Assembly: GCA_051294375.1 (NCBI GenBank)
Contig: CM119263.1
Coordinates: 9,230,432 to 9,294,431, forward strand
DNA length: 64,000 bases
Source: Paraspadella gotoi
Lineage: Eukaryota > Animalia > Chaetognatha
Direction: 5' to 3'
A model generated the notes under the pieces. The model ran no database searches. It was not told where the DNA came from and saw only the letters and a list, made by a program, of their open reading frames with translations. Position numbers and translations under genes: made by a program. Each line of letters begins with the position of its first letter. Within the stretch, counting starts at the first letter, position 1. This document shows, in pieces, positions 63,955 to 64,000 of the stretch.

Positions 63955-64000
<46 letters not shown>

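Overview
This is animal (metazoan) nuclear DNA from a draft assembly, with five N-gaps and stretches that look like uncorrected long-read fill. The first ~39 kb is gene-poor and dense in (AG)n, (GAC/GTC)n, (ATC)n and (GGC)n microsatellites, which generate almost all ORFs in the supplied track. I reconstructed five protein genes by hand, four of them spliced with GT-AG introns: a CFAP97-domain gene (23969-24863 +), a motif-divergent sulfotransferase (39728-41528 +), an intronless glycine cleavage H-protein GCSH (44158-44703 -), glycine decarboxylase P-protein GLDC (45713-56539 -), and DUSP19-like phosphatase (60661-63030 -). GCSH lies 1 kb downstream of GLDC on the same strand, and DUSP19 carries an intronic tRNA-Pro(CGG). 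Mobile DNA includes a scrambled Gypsy pol (RT/RNase H/integrase), a TA-flanked Tc1-type element with ~0.8 kb TIRs inside a GLDC intron, a tRNA-derived SINE and an 83-bp foldback. There are also two copies of a ~250-bp, hairpin-dense element with 4-bp target-site duplications. The most notable items are the operon-like GLDC-GCSH pair, the structured 250-bp element and the degenerate PAPS-binding motifs of the sulfotransferase. All family assignments come from recalled motifs; no searches were run.
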